Shown one piece after another: positions 19,119-28,435 of a stretch of 64,000 bases of DNA (position 1 is the stretch's first letter; each line of letters starts with the position of its first letter). Origin of the DNA: Bacteriovoracaceae bacterium (GTDB lineage: Bacteria; Bdellovibrionota; Bacteriovoracia; Bacteriovoracales; Bacteriovoracaceae); assembly GCA_048270185.1 (NCBI GenBank), contig JBLWTJ010000001.1, positions 32,001-96,000 of the forward strand. Direction: 5' to 3'. The notes below the pieces were generated by a model that searched no databases, was not told the origin of the DNA, and saw only the letters and a program-made list of their open reading frames with translations. Both the position numbers and the translations under genes were made by a program.

Positions 19119-22100
19119 ATGAAACGTATATTATTAATTTCTTTATTTATGAGTTTCTTTGTGGCGTGTACGCCCCAAATGAATTCACTCAGACAAGCAG
19201 ACTGTGGTGCTGGACACTACTTTGACGAGGTTACTCGTAGCTGTATACTCGATGTCTCTCCAAAGGCTCCCGTCATCACAAGTTCAAGTTTATCAATTAC
19301 TGAAAACGATGCAAAGACGACATACCCAATTACTTACACTGATCAAAACGGGGGAGTCGCTACATCATGTACGATCGTAGATACTGATACAGGATTAAAT
19401 CAATCTCTAACTTTTGGATCAATTACTATTGAGAGAGTTAACACTTGGGCCAATGCTCAAGATTATTCAAATCTATTTATTCAGGTTGTTGATAACCCTT
19501 CAATTGCCTATGGAAATGAAGTCGTTTCTGTTTCAGGAAATACAATCACTATTGAAATCGATGCTGGTTTTACAACTTCATCACAAATTGTAACTGCAAT
19601 AAATGCAAATCTTGCTGTCAACGCAATTATTTATGCTTCTGTAACAGGTGGGAATACAACGGAATCAATTACACCTCTTTTAAAAGTTCTTGGGGCAACT
19701 TGTGAGTGTGCAAATGGTGCTTGTGAGATGGAAATTGAACCATCTCGAAATATTAGTGGTTCAACTTATGTTGATCTCTACATTACAGATGATGATGGAG
19801 ATAGTGCAACAAAGAGAATTTATATCAATGTAGCCGATACAAACCAGGCACCAGTCGTTGCCGCAACTCGATCAATTACTGTTGCTGAAGATAATCAAAT
19901 TGTTTTTACATTTTCTTCTTCAACTACTGAAGTTCCTACAACAGATTATTTTGACTATGATGGAGATATTGCATCGGCTTGTTTTGCTAATTCAATTCAT
20001 GCAAATGTTCAAAACTCAAATATCTCATGTACTTGTAATATTGGAACAGGAGTCTGTACTTTAAGTTTTTATACAGATGCTGATTATTTTAATACGTCGG
20101 CAGAGGCGATGGTCGAATATCAAATCATTGCCAACGGACAGCTATCAAATACTGGTGTAGCTTCGGCTCTTGTTTCAGAAGTTGATGATGATCCGGTTCC
20201 TGCTTCAACCATCACAATTGCAGTTAACGAAGATGCGACAGGTATTCCTGGAGCTCAAACAATTGCAGGTTTTTATTTTCCGACAGCAAGTGATGATGGC
20301 TTTACAGGATTTAATGCTTCAGATATTCGATATAAATTAAAGAATCTCGATAACTACACAGAGATAGAGGGGTCATGTACTGGTAACCCTGGGTTACCTG
20401 ATGAAAATAATTATAACTTACTTGTAGATGACTCTACCTATTGTCAGGTTAATTTTGAAGGTAATGCCAATGGAATTTATACTCTTGAGTATAGTGTTTC
20501 AGACTCTAATTTACCTTTGACTTCAATGGCACAATTTCATGGAACAGGGTATATTAATATTAGTATCATTGCACAAAATGATCCTCCATTTATCACTGGT
20601 GGAACTACTTTTACTCATTCGATGAATGAGTCGACTGACTGGAATCCTGTTAGTTCGACGATTTCTTTAGGAAATGTTTCTGATATAGATGATGCAATGA
20701 CTGATTTAAGTGTTTACTTTCTCGATAGTAGTAGTTCGAGTTATGTCAATACGATGGCCTCTCAGGCCAGTGTCACTGGAAGTGAAGGGACGATTAGTGA
20801 TTGTGCCATTGATTCGTCAGGAAATATTTCTTGTCTTTATACGACATTAAATGGAAATAGTTCAAATACAGTAGGGACACCAGATTCATTTAACTTTATT
20901 GTACGAGACGATGAAGGGGCAGGTTCGGCCGTGCAAACTCTTGAGGTCGTTGTCTTAGAAACTTCTGATGCACCTGTTATTTGTAATTACTCAACTTATA
21001 ATCTACGATCTGGCCGTACTGAATGTGGGGTTAATCATTGTATCGGTGAAGGTGCTCCAACATTTGCACCAACATCTCACTTATCAACTGATCCTGTAAT
21101 TTACTTTGATCGCACGAATATGATTTGTTATCAATCAAATTCAACAACAAGTAGTGGCTGGGAAGTTGCAAGTAATAATGGAAATCAGAACGCTAGCTAC
21201 ATGTCAGATATTGTTATTGGTGAAAAAGAAAATGTTATTATCGATAATGTTATTCTTTCAGAAGGTGGCTCTGTAGATGAAGGTGGGCAAACACTAACAA
21301 TTCAAAATATAGCTTCAACAAATTCAATTCTAATTAATCCATCAAATATCACTTTCTTTAATGATATTGAAAATGACAATATTTTTGATGAGCCATCAAC
21401 TATTACGGTTACAGGACCTGGTGGTGGAAATATTGATAATATTAATGCCTTTAATGAGAACTTAAGAATTAAGATGATTCCAACGGCGTCACAATTTGGA
21501 GAGACGACGATTTCTTTTGATATTGTTGATTCAGGAACGGGGACGCTTACAACAAGTATTTCTTTCAATGTACGAGTTGAGCCACAAACAATTACCCATA
21601 ATGGTTGGGAAGATGTTAAGGCACTAGGTGTAAAAGTTAATCACTATGGAACTCGTGCTCAAATTGAAACAACTTGCTCACACTCTTTAACAAAGTGTAA
21701 TGGAGGGGATGAGTGTTACGGAACGTCATCTCCTGTCGCAGCTGTCATTCCAGATGCACCGGGAGCAATCTATCGTTCAAGCTCTGATAATAAGTGTTAC
21801 TACTCAACAGGTACAACGGCCGCTGACTGGGTATTATTTAATAAGCAAGTAGCATGTAATATTAGTGAAGTGAACCGTGACTACATTAATCAAGGAATTT
21901 TAGAAGATAGTTCAACGACTTGTGACACATTAAATAGCGCGAGTTGTATTGGTGATGTTACTTTTGTAAACCCTGGTTCAACTCAGTTAACTGTTACATT
22001 TAATGCAACGACTTCAGTTCTTGATGCTAGCTTAAATAAAGGAAAATTCTTATTTAATACTCTTTATAATGCTTCAACAAAGAACGATTGTTACTACTCT

Positions 22101-23792
22101 GATGGAACAACTTGGACTCCGTATCATGGAACTTCAACTGTAAAACTAGATTGGGAAGCTTTCACTGTTAATACTTCTGGAGCAATACAGGGCTATAATG
22201 TATATCGTAAACTTGCTGGGAAAGAGAATTTATTCAATTACGATATGCCTCTTAATCGTGAAATTATCAGTTCAACAACGACTTCTTATATTGATAATGG
22301 AGAGAACTCACGTATTGCGCCGGCACCTAATCATACTTATGTTTATGAAGTAAGACCTGTCTTAAGCTTTACAAATCAACTAAGTGCATCTGAAGAGCTT
22401 GAGATTACAACGAATAATAATGTTGCAAAACTAAGAGTGATCGCACCTCAGGAAAACTATACTTTTGTTCACCGTTGGATGGTTAATAAGAAAGCGTGTG
22501 AAATGATGCATTCTGAGTCATTCATTGATAATGATTATAAATGTGAATATAAAGGCTTTGGAGATTCTGACTCAAATGGACTTGGAACAATTAATGCTGT
22601 CTATGATTTTGGTAAAGATCTACTTGTTCCAAAATTCGAGATGGGATGTCCATTTACAAAAACAGGCTGTGATACTGTCGATGGACAATGTGTTGCTCAA
22701 AACTTAGTTAATAACTCAACTCCATATACAGGAGCTTCTGGTTCAATCTTCTATGAAAGGTCAACTGGTGCATGCTATCGTCATGATGGTTCAAGCTTTG
22801 TTGCATACAACGGTGAAGACCTTGATGCTGAAAAAGCATATCAGGCATATTTACCTCCTCTTACAAATATTGATTATACTCAAGCTACGGCTGCATGTAG
22901 TGCACTAACAGCAAATACTATTATTGGTTATACTGCAGGACTTACTTTCGATCTGCCAACTCGTGACGAACAAATTGCTTATACTGCTTGGGATCTTCGT
23001 AATCCATCTGGTGGTAATTATGCAGAGTCTGTTTTTGAGACTAGAGAAAGAGGTCAATCACTAAATTCTTCTAGTAAGTGTAACTCTAATCTTGCCAGTG
23101 GTCTTGAGTCTTCATATATGGACGTTGATACTTTAAGTTCAACTGATGTGCACACGATTCCTGGAACATATTCTTCAGGAATTCGCTCTCTTCATACAGG
23201 TTCGACTTATACTGAAGATTGTTCTTCAATGTTTGGTATTCAGGATGCTGTCGGTAACGTTGCAGAGTTTTCTCGAACAGAATATACATACGATAATACG
23301 ACTTTTACTTACGATTTTCCTTCTATTACTTCGGCCACTGATTCAACAATCTATGGTACAGGTGGAACTTATGGCTTCGAAGGGATTTCTGGTCCATGTG
23401 CCGATACCGATGGTGATGGATTTTGTGATTCTGAAATGGGTTCTTTCCTATTTGAAGATAAATCAACTTATAGCACAGGTTATTTCAACTACGTCTATGG
23501 TATTCCTATTACCAATGATGCCCAGGCCGGTGTCGATGGAACATCTGTTGGAGACTATACGTTAAGAATTGGATCTTCCGCAGGTATCACAAGTGCGCAA
23601 TTACATGATGATGCAATGTTTAGAGAACTTCCTAATACTGCATCAGGAACAATTGTTAGTGGTGGTGATTATCAGGCATTAAATGAGTCTGGTGTTTATA
23701 CACTTGAAATGTTCCCTGATGGAGAGGCCAATAGTCGTGTTGGTGTGCGTTGTGTTATTGAAGTTGATCCAACAAATTATGAAGCAGAATAA
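19119..23792 (+). CDS. Giant surface lipoprotein: cadherin/Ig-like repeats, Cys-rich repeats, C-terminal FGE/C-type-lectin-like fold
   Basis: Lipobox FFVAC after ATG 19119; DTNQAP/NDPP cadherin-like linkers; LPTRDEQ, GIQDAVGNVAEF, SGGDY, VGVRC motifs. Confidence 0.75.
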   Translation: MKRILLISLFMSFFVACTPQMNSLRQADCGAGHYFDEVTRSCILDVSPKAPVITSSSLSITENDAKTTYPITYTDQNGGVATSCTIVDTDTGLNQSLTFGSITIERVNTWANAQDYSNLFIQVVDNPSIAYGNEVVSVSGNTITIEIDAGFTTSSQIVTAINANLAVNAIIYASVTGGNTTESITPLLKVLGATCECANGACEMEIEPSRNISGSTYVDLYITDDDGDSATKRIYINVADTNQAPVVAATRSITVAEDNQIVFTFSSSTTEVPTTDYFDYDGDIASACFANSIHANVQNSNISCTCNIGTGVCTLSFYTDADYFNTSAEAMVEYQIIANGQLSNTGVASALVSEVDDDPVPASTITIAVNEDATGIPGAQTIAGFYFPTASDDGFTGFNASDIRYKLKNLDNYTEIEGSCTGNPGLPDENNYNLLVDDSTYCQVNFEGNANGIYTLEYSVSDSNLPLTSMAQFHGTGYINISIIAQNDPPFITGGTTFTHSMNESTDWNPVSSTISLGNVSDIDDAMTDLSVYFLDSSSSSYVNTMASQASVTGSEGTISDCAIDSSGNISCLYTTLNGNSSNTVGTPDSFNFIVRDDEGAGSAVQTLEVVVLETSDAPVICNYSTYNLRSGRTECGVNHCIGEGAPTFAPTSHLSTDPVIYFDRTNMICYQSNSTTSSGWEVASNNGNQNASYMSDIVIGEKENVIIDNVILSEGGSVDEGGQTLTIQNIASTNSILINPSNITFFNDIENDNIFDEPSTITVTGPGGGNIDNINAFNENLRIKMIPTASQFGETTISFDIVDSGTGTLTTSISFNVRVEPQTITHNGWEDVKALGVKVNHYGTRAQIETTCSHSLTKCNGGDECYGTSSPVAAVIPDAPGAIYRSSSDNKCYYSTGTTAADWVLFNKQVACNISEVNRDYINQGILEDSSTTCDTLNSASCIGDVTFVNPGSTQLTVTFNATTSVLDASLNKGKFLFNTLYNASTKNDCYYSDGTTWTPYHGTSTVKLDWEAFTVNTSGAIQGYNVYRKLAGKENLFNYDMPLNREIISSTTTSYIDNGENSRIAPAPNHTYVYEVRPVLSFTNQLSASEELEITTNNNVAKLRVIAPQENYTFVHRWMVNKKACEMMHSESFIDNDYKCEYKGFGDSDSNGLGTINAVYDFGKDLLVPKFEMGCPFTKTGCDTVDGQCVAQNLVNNSTPYTGASGSIFYERSTGACYRHDGSSFVAYNGEDLDAEKAYQAYLPPLTNIDYTQATAACSALTANTIIGYTAGLTFDLPTRDEQIAYTAWDLRNPSGGNYAESVFETRERGQSLNSSSKCNSNLASGLESSYMDVDTLSSTDVHTIPGTYSSGIRSLHTGSTYTEDCSSMFGIQDAVGNVAEFSRTEYTYDNTTFTYDFPSITSATDSTIYGTGGTYGFEGISGPCADTDGDGFCDSEMGSFLFEDKSTYSTGYFNYVYGIPITNDAQAGVDGTSVGDYTLRIGSSAGITSAQLHDDAMFRELPNTASGTIVSGGDYQALNESGVYTLEMFPDGEANSRVGVRCVIEVDPTNYEAE

Positions 23793-23837
23793 AGCTATGC
23801 TATAATTCTTCCCATCTAATCACTTTGGGGAATTCAT

Positions 23838-24704
23838 ATGTTCTTTGGTCGAAATAAAGCTAAAAAAAATGATCGCGGTAGTGGGAAAGTTATAAGCTTT
23901 CTTAACCAAAAAGGTGGAGTTGGTAAAACAACGATGTGTTTTAATACGGCACATGCTTTGGCCCACAAAGGTCACAAAGTTCTAGTGATTGATATGGATC
24001 CTCAGTCAAATATGTCTTATCTCTTTGATTGCCTGGAGCCGGAAACTAGTGTTTTCAATCTTCTTTTAAACAATGTCAAAGAACTTAAACATCTTCATTC
24101 ATCGGCAATTTTTGAAACAGTTGTCCATAATAATGAAACAGGAGTTGATTTACTTCCTGCCGCCCAAGAACTTTCGGGATTTGAATTATGTGTTGCTGCT
24201 ATAAATTCACCAAGGCAAACTATATTAAAGAAGTATATCGATCAAGCTGGGCTTAGAAGTCGCTATGACTTTATATTAATCGATTGTCCGCCGACGCTTG
24301 GACTCCTCGTTGTCAATAGTATTTGTGCTAGTGATGGAGTGATCGTTCCATTTAGGCCTGATGATTTCTCAATGAAGGGGCTGGAGCACTTTTATCGCAT
24401 GTTAGGGGATATTGAGGAAATGGAGTTAACAAAGCTTCCTGAGATTATTACACATATCCCAAATTTAATGGATACTAGGCGCAAGCAAGAAGAGAGCGAT
24501 CTTGATCAGATTCAAGAACTTATTCGTAAGGTAACTGGGGACGATCGTTATATATCTCCTTTCTTTAATAAGGCCCAGATCGTAAAATCCCAGGCTGCAA
24601 AAAAATCAATTTACGCTTATAATTCTAAGGAGTATAGGCCGCTTCATGAACAGTTTAATAAAATCGCAAATATAATTGATTCGTGGAATGAATCGAGTCT
24701 ATAA
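23838..24704 (+). CDS. ParA/Soj family ATPase
   Basis: NQKGGVGKTT, IDMDPQSN, LIDCPPTLG. Confidence 0.9.
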   Translation: MFFGRNKAKKNDRGSGKVISFLNQKGGVGKTTMCFNTAHALAHKGHKVLVIDMDPQSNMSYLFDCLEPETSVFNLLLNNVKELKHLHSSAIFETVVHNNETGVDLLPAAQELSGFELCVAAINSPRQTILKKYIDQAGLRSRYDFILIDCPPTLGLLVVNSICASDGVIVPFRPDDFSMKGLEHFYRMLGDIEEMELTKLPEIITHIPNLMDTRRKQEESDLDQIQELIRKVTGDDRYISPFFNKAQIVKSQAAKKSIYAYNSKEYRPLHEQFNKIANIIDSWNESSL

Positions 24705-24737
24705 ATAAGAATAGAATAATTTTAAATAGGAGAATTT

Positions 24738-24989
24738 GTGGCAAGTATCAAGAATCCACTCTATGTTGTTTCAAATAGCGGTCAAGATGTTGAAGGTGTT
24801 TCAAATTATATCGAGTTAATTATCAAGAAATTCGGACTTGAGCCTTATCTTGAACTTCTTGACTCAATGCTTGCGATGATCACAAATCAGGTCGGTAATT
24901 ACGGCTTTTTTATTGCGCTCCAGAATTTTATTGATCATATTGCGGCCCAAATTGAAAAAGTCGTGGAGTTTGCTTCACGCATTATCTAA
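24738..24989 (+). CDS. Hypothetical protein
   Basis: AGGAG RBS + GTG; 83-aa ORF between parA-like and sufE. Confidence 0.6.
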   Translation: MASIKNPLYVVSNSGQDVEGVSNYIELIIKKFGLEPYLELLDSMLAMITNQVGNYGFFIALQNFIDHIAAQIEKVVEFASRII

Positions 24990-25029
24990 ATAATGCTAGA
25001 CTCCGGCCATATCGATTAAGGAGTCAATT

Positions 25030-25461
25030 TTGAAAATACAAGAAAGAGTTAATGCTCTCATTGAAGAATTTAATGGATTTGGCGATTGGGAAGATCGCTA
25101 TATGCATATTATTTCTCGCGGCAAGAATATGCCGGCCTTAGACGAACAATTATGTACAGAAGAATATAAAGTGAAGGGCTGCCAGTCACAAGTTTGGCTT
25201 GTACCTGAACTCAAAGATGGGAAGATAATCTTTAAGGCCGATAGTGATGCGGCCATTGTAAAAGGAATCGTTTCAATCTTAATTGGTGTCTATTCAGATG
25301 CAACACCTGATGAAATTCTTGCAACAAAACCAGACTTTTTAGATACGATTGGGCTAAGACAGCACCTATCAATGTCACGAGCTAATGGGCTTTCAAGTAT
25401 GGTTAAGCAAATTTCAATGTACGCGCTTGCATTTAAGACGAAAATTCAAATGGGACTATAA
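25030..25461 (+). CDS. sufE: SufE family cysteine desulfurase acceptor
   Basis: VKGCQSQVWL, ADSDAAIVKG, LSMSRANGL. Confidence 0.92.
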   Translation: MKIQERVNALIEEFNGFGDWEDRYMHIISRGKNMPALDEQLCTEEYKVKGCQSQVWLVPELKDGKIIFKADSDAAIVKGIVSILIGVYSDATPDEILATKPDFLDTIGLRQHLSMSRANGLSSMVKQISMYALAFKTKIQMGL

Positions 25462-25475
25462 GGGAATTAAAGAAA

Positions 25476-26468
25476 ATGTACTTAAATAATATTAGACCAA
25501 GAAGAAATAGAAAGAATCATGCCATGAGATCTCTTATGCGTGAAACCATTTTAACAGTTGATGATCTAATTATGCCACTATTTATTATTGATGGTGAGAA
25601 TAAAGTAGATCCTGTTCTTTCAATGCCAGGGATTAACCGCCTAAGTCGTGACCTTATTGTTAAGGAAGTAAAAGAACTTTGGAATCTAGGTATTAAATGT
25701 GTTTCTCTTTTTCCGGCCCTTGATGATTCAATTAAAAATCGTCTTGCGACAGAGTCTAAGAATAAGAATGGACTTCTACAAAAGACAATTAAAGATATAA
25801 AAGATGCATGTCCAGATATGCTCATTATGACAGATGTAGCAATGGACCCATACTCAAGTGATGGACACGACGGTATTGTGTGCGAGAAAACAGGTGAAAT
25901 CTTAAATGATGAAACATTAGAAATTCTTGCGGCCATGGCCATCAGCCAAGTTGAAGCAGGAAGTGATATCATCGGTCCAAGTGATATGATGGATGGACGA
26001 GTTGGTTATATTCGCGAGGCCCTTGATAGTGAAGGTCTAAGCCACGCTTCAATCATGGCCTATACTGCAAAATATGCATCAGCTTTCTATGGCCCTTTTA
26101 GAGACGCCCTTGATAGTGCGCCAAAGGCCGGTGATAAGAAGACTTATCAAATGGATCCTGCAAATCTTACAGAAGCACTTCGCGAAATCGAATTAGATGA
26201 AGCTGAAGGTGCTGATATTCTCATGGTAAAGCCTGGTATTAGTTATCTTGATGTTATCGCCAAGATGAAGGAAACAACAAACCTTCCTGTTGCGGCCTAT
26301 AATGTCTCTGGTGAATATGCTATGGTAAAGGCTGCTGCTGAAAAAGGTTGGATCGACGGTGATGCTGTTGCTCTTGAGATGTTGACAAGCTTTAAGCGCG
26401 CTGGAACAGACATGATCCTAACTTACTTTGCTAAAGAAGTAGCACTGGGTTTTACTCGATCTAAATAG
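25476..26468 (+). CDS. hemB: Porphobilinogen synthase
   Basis: RPRRNR, PSDMMDGR, KYASAFYGPFRDA, MVKP, AYNVSGEY; Asp-type metal site (DVAMDPYSSDGHDG). Confidence 0.97.
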   Translation: MYLNNIRPRRNRKNHAMRSLMRETILTVDDLIMPLFIIDGENKVDPVLSMPGINRLSRDLIVKEVKELWNLGIKCVSLFPALDDSIKNRLATESKNKNGLLQKTIKDIKDACPDMLIMTDVAMDPYSSDGHDGIVCEKTGEILNDETLEILAAMAISQVEAGSDIIGPSDMMDGRVGYIREALDSEGLSHASIMAYTAKYASAFYGPFRDALDSAPKAGDKKTYQMDPANLTEALREIELDEAEGADILMVKPGISYLDVIAKMKETTNLPVAAYNVSGEYAMVKAAAEKGWIDGDAVALEMLTSFKRAGTDMILTYFAKEVALGFTRSK

Positions 26469-26469
26469 A

Positions 26470-26583
26470 TTATTTTTTGACGCGAATTGGGATGTATGCC
26501 TTTGCTCTCTTTTCGCGTGCTTCTTTTTCCTTAAGTGAAGCAAGGCCAATTAGTGCGCCGATAATTAAAACAGGAATCCACAT
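26470..26583 (-). CDS. Small membrane protein (37 aa), not in ORF track
   Basis: GGAG RBS; MWIPVLIIGALIGLASLKEKEAREKRAKAYIPIRVKK; sigma28 promoter upstream. Confidence 0.7.
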   Translation of the reverse strand: MWIPVLIIGALIGLASLKEKEAREKRAKAYIPIRVKK

Positions 26584-26633
26584 AATCACTCCATTGTTTT
26601 TCCTAAGGATATTGTAGCATCCTTCTAAGGTAC

Positions 26634-26660
26634 TTATCGACAGTTCTTGGTCAAATTTTA
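26634..26660 (-). promoter_or_regulatory. Sigma28-like promoter
   Basis: TAAA-N15-GTCGATAA. Confidence 0.7.
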
Positions 26661-26671
26661 GTGAACTTCTT

Positions 26672-26962
26672 CTAAGTACTTGATTCTACGTACTGACAAA
26701 TTGTCTCAAATGATTGGGCAGTGCCATTTTTAAACCATTTGGCCTCAGGATAGCTGACAATATGAATACCTTCACGGCATTTTCCAAGACAGTCACTTGT
26801 CGTTACTCGCACAACTCCTTTGCCATATTTCTCGTTGAAGTGGGACTTTAGTTTTGCCTTTAATTCAATGGCCTCATCACTCATGCACTTGTCGGCAACT
26901 TTACAGCTCTTGCAAATAAATAGATGTTTTTTAAAGAGATTCGTCTCGTGTTCTTTTGCCAT
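26672..26962 (-). CDS. Thioredoxin-like [2Fe-2S] ferredoxin
   Basis: HLFICKSC...SDCLGKC...SYPEAKWF. Confidence 0.8.
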   Translation of the reverse strand: MAKEHETNLFKKHLFICKSCKVADKCMSDEAIELKAKLKSHFNEKYGKGVVRVTTSDCLGKCREGIHIVSYPEAKWFKNGTAQSFETICQYVESST

Positions 26963-27012
26963 ATGAAGTCCTAACCTGATATTATATCTAAAAGATTTTT
27001 AAGGATTATATT

Positions 27013-28422
27013 ATGGATTTTTGCCAAATTCTATCAGCAAAACAAAAAGCATTACAAATTAATTTAGATAGTAATATTTACGGAAGTTTCGCCGAAATCG
27101 GTGCGGGGCAAGAAGTCGCACGTGAGTTCTTTAGGGCCGGTGGTGCCGCCGGGACAATTGCAAAAACAATGTCGGCCTACGATATGCAGATTTCAGATGC
27201 GATTTATGGTGTCGAAGAGTCGGGTCGCTACGTTTCACAAGGACGACTTTATAAGATGCTCGATACTGAATTCTCTAAGATGTACAAACGTCTTAAAGAC
27301 GAGCGCGGCAATAGCACTAAGTTTTTTACTTTTGCCGACACTGTCGCAGCTAAGAGCTATTCTGGACGTGGTGAATGTCATGGATGGTTAGGAGTTCGCT
27401 TTCAACATGAAAGGGGAGCTGAGCCTTCGGATCTAATTATTCACGTTAATATGCTTGACCAAGAAAACCTGCAACAACAAGAGGCCGTGGGTTATCTTGG
27501 TGTAAATATGATTCATAGTTGCTTCTATAATGCACATGAACATGGCCAAGGTCACTTTGTTGCTTCCCTTATGGATAACCTTTCATCAAGTCGTTTAAGA
27601 ATCGATATGATCGATGTGAGAGGTCCTGCTTTTAAAGGACTTGATCCACGTATTCTATCTCTTGAACTTGTTAAGAGAAAATTCACTTCGGCCGTTATGT
27701 TTGATGAGAACGGAAGTGTTGTGCAGATTAAAGATTATCTCTACCGTAAACCACTTGTTGTTCTAAGGGGATCATTTAGGCCACCAACGAAAGGAAATAT
27801 TGATGCCCTTAAAGTTGGCCGTGAACATCTATGTACAACTGAGAAGTGTGAGAATGTTGTGACTCTATCTGAGATCTCAATGTCTAAACTTCTATCTCGT
27901 TCTGAAGCAATCGATAATGCCGATTTTCTTGCAAGAGTTGATGTTCTAGCAAAGCTTAAGCAAAAAGTACTTATTACAAATTTTGCTTCTTATTTTGAGT
28001 TAAATCAATTCTTACAACCAATTTCAAAAAGTGAAATTGCTTTCATTACAAATACATATAATTTAAATGAGATCCTAAATATTAAACAATATGCAGATGC
28101 TAAGTTTGGTATTCTTGGAGGTCTTGGAGAGTTATTTGGATTAAATACTAAACTTTACCTCTATCCATGTGCCGATGATAACGATCCAAATAATCGTCTT
28201 GGATTTGATGATGTTACTTATGATAAGTCGCTTGAGTTTCTTGTGAAGTACTTAAGAGACAATAAGCTTATCGTCGAACTTGAAAATTATGATTTTGAAG
28301 CTTCTGGTATTTGGTCACGTACTGTAATTGAGATGATTGAAAATGGACAGTCTGGTTGGGAAAATATGCTTCCTGATGAAGTTGTCGACTTAGTTAAAAA
28401 GAATAAACTTTTTAAAAACTAA
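27013..28422 (+). CDS. Conserved protein, CinA-like N-terminus plus degenerate nucleotidyltransferase-like domain
   Basis: EIGAGQEVAR..GGAAGTIAKTMSAYD; RGSFRPPTKGN in place of GSFNPPHxGH; SRTVIEM..WENMLP tail. Confidence 0.6.
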   Translation: MDFCQILSAKQKALQINLDSNIYGSFAEIGAGQEVAREFFRAGGAAGTIAKTMSAYDMQISDAIYGVEESGRYVSQGRLYKMLDTEFSKMYKRLKDERGNSTKFFTFADTVAAKSYSGRGECHGWLGVRFQHERGAEPSDLIIHVNMLDQENLQQQEAVGYLGVNMIHSCFYNAHEHGQGHFVASLMDNLSSSRLRIDMIDVRGPAFKGLDPRILSLELVKRKFTSAVMFDENGSVVQIKDYLYRKPLVVLRGSFRPPTKGNIDALKVGREHLCTTEKCENVVTLSEISMSKLLSRSEAIDNADFLARVDVLAKLKQKVLITNFASYFELNQFLQPISKSEIAFITNTYNLNEILNIKQYADAKFGILGGLGELFGLNTKLYLYPCADDNDPNNRLGFDDVTYDKSLEFLVKYLRDNKLIVELENYDFEASGIWSRTVIEMIENGQSGWENMLPDEVVDLVKKNKLFKN

Positions 28423-28435
28423 AACGAGTTTATAT

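Noticed and set aside
22850..23792. Diversity-generating retroelement
   Set aside because: A CLec-like target is present, but no reverse transcriptase, Avd or adenine-variant template repeat was found in the window
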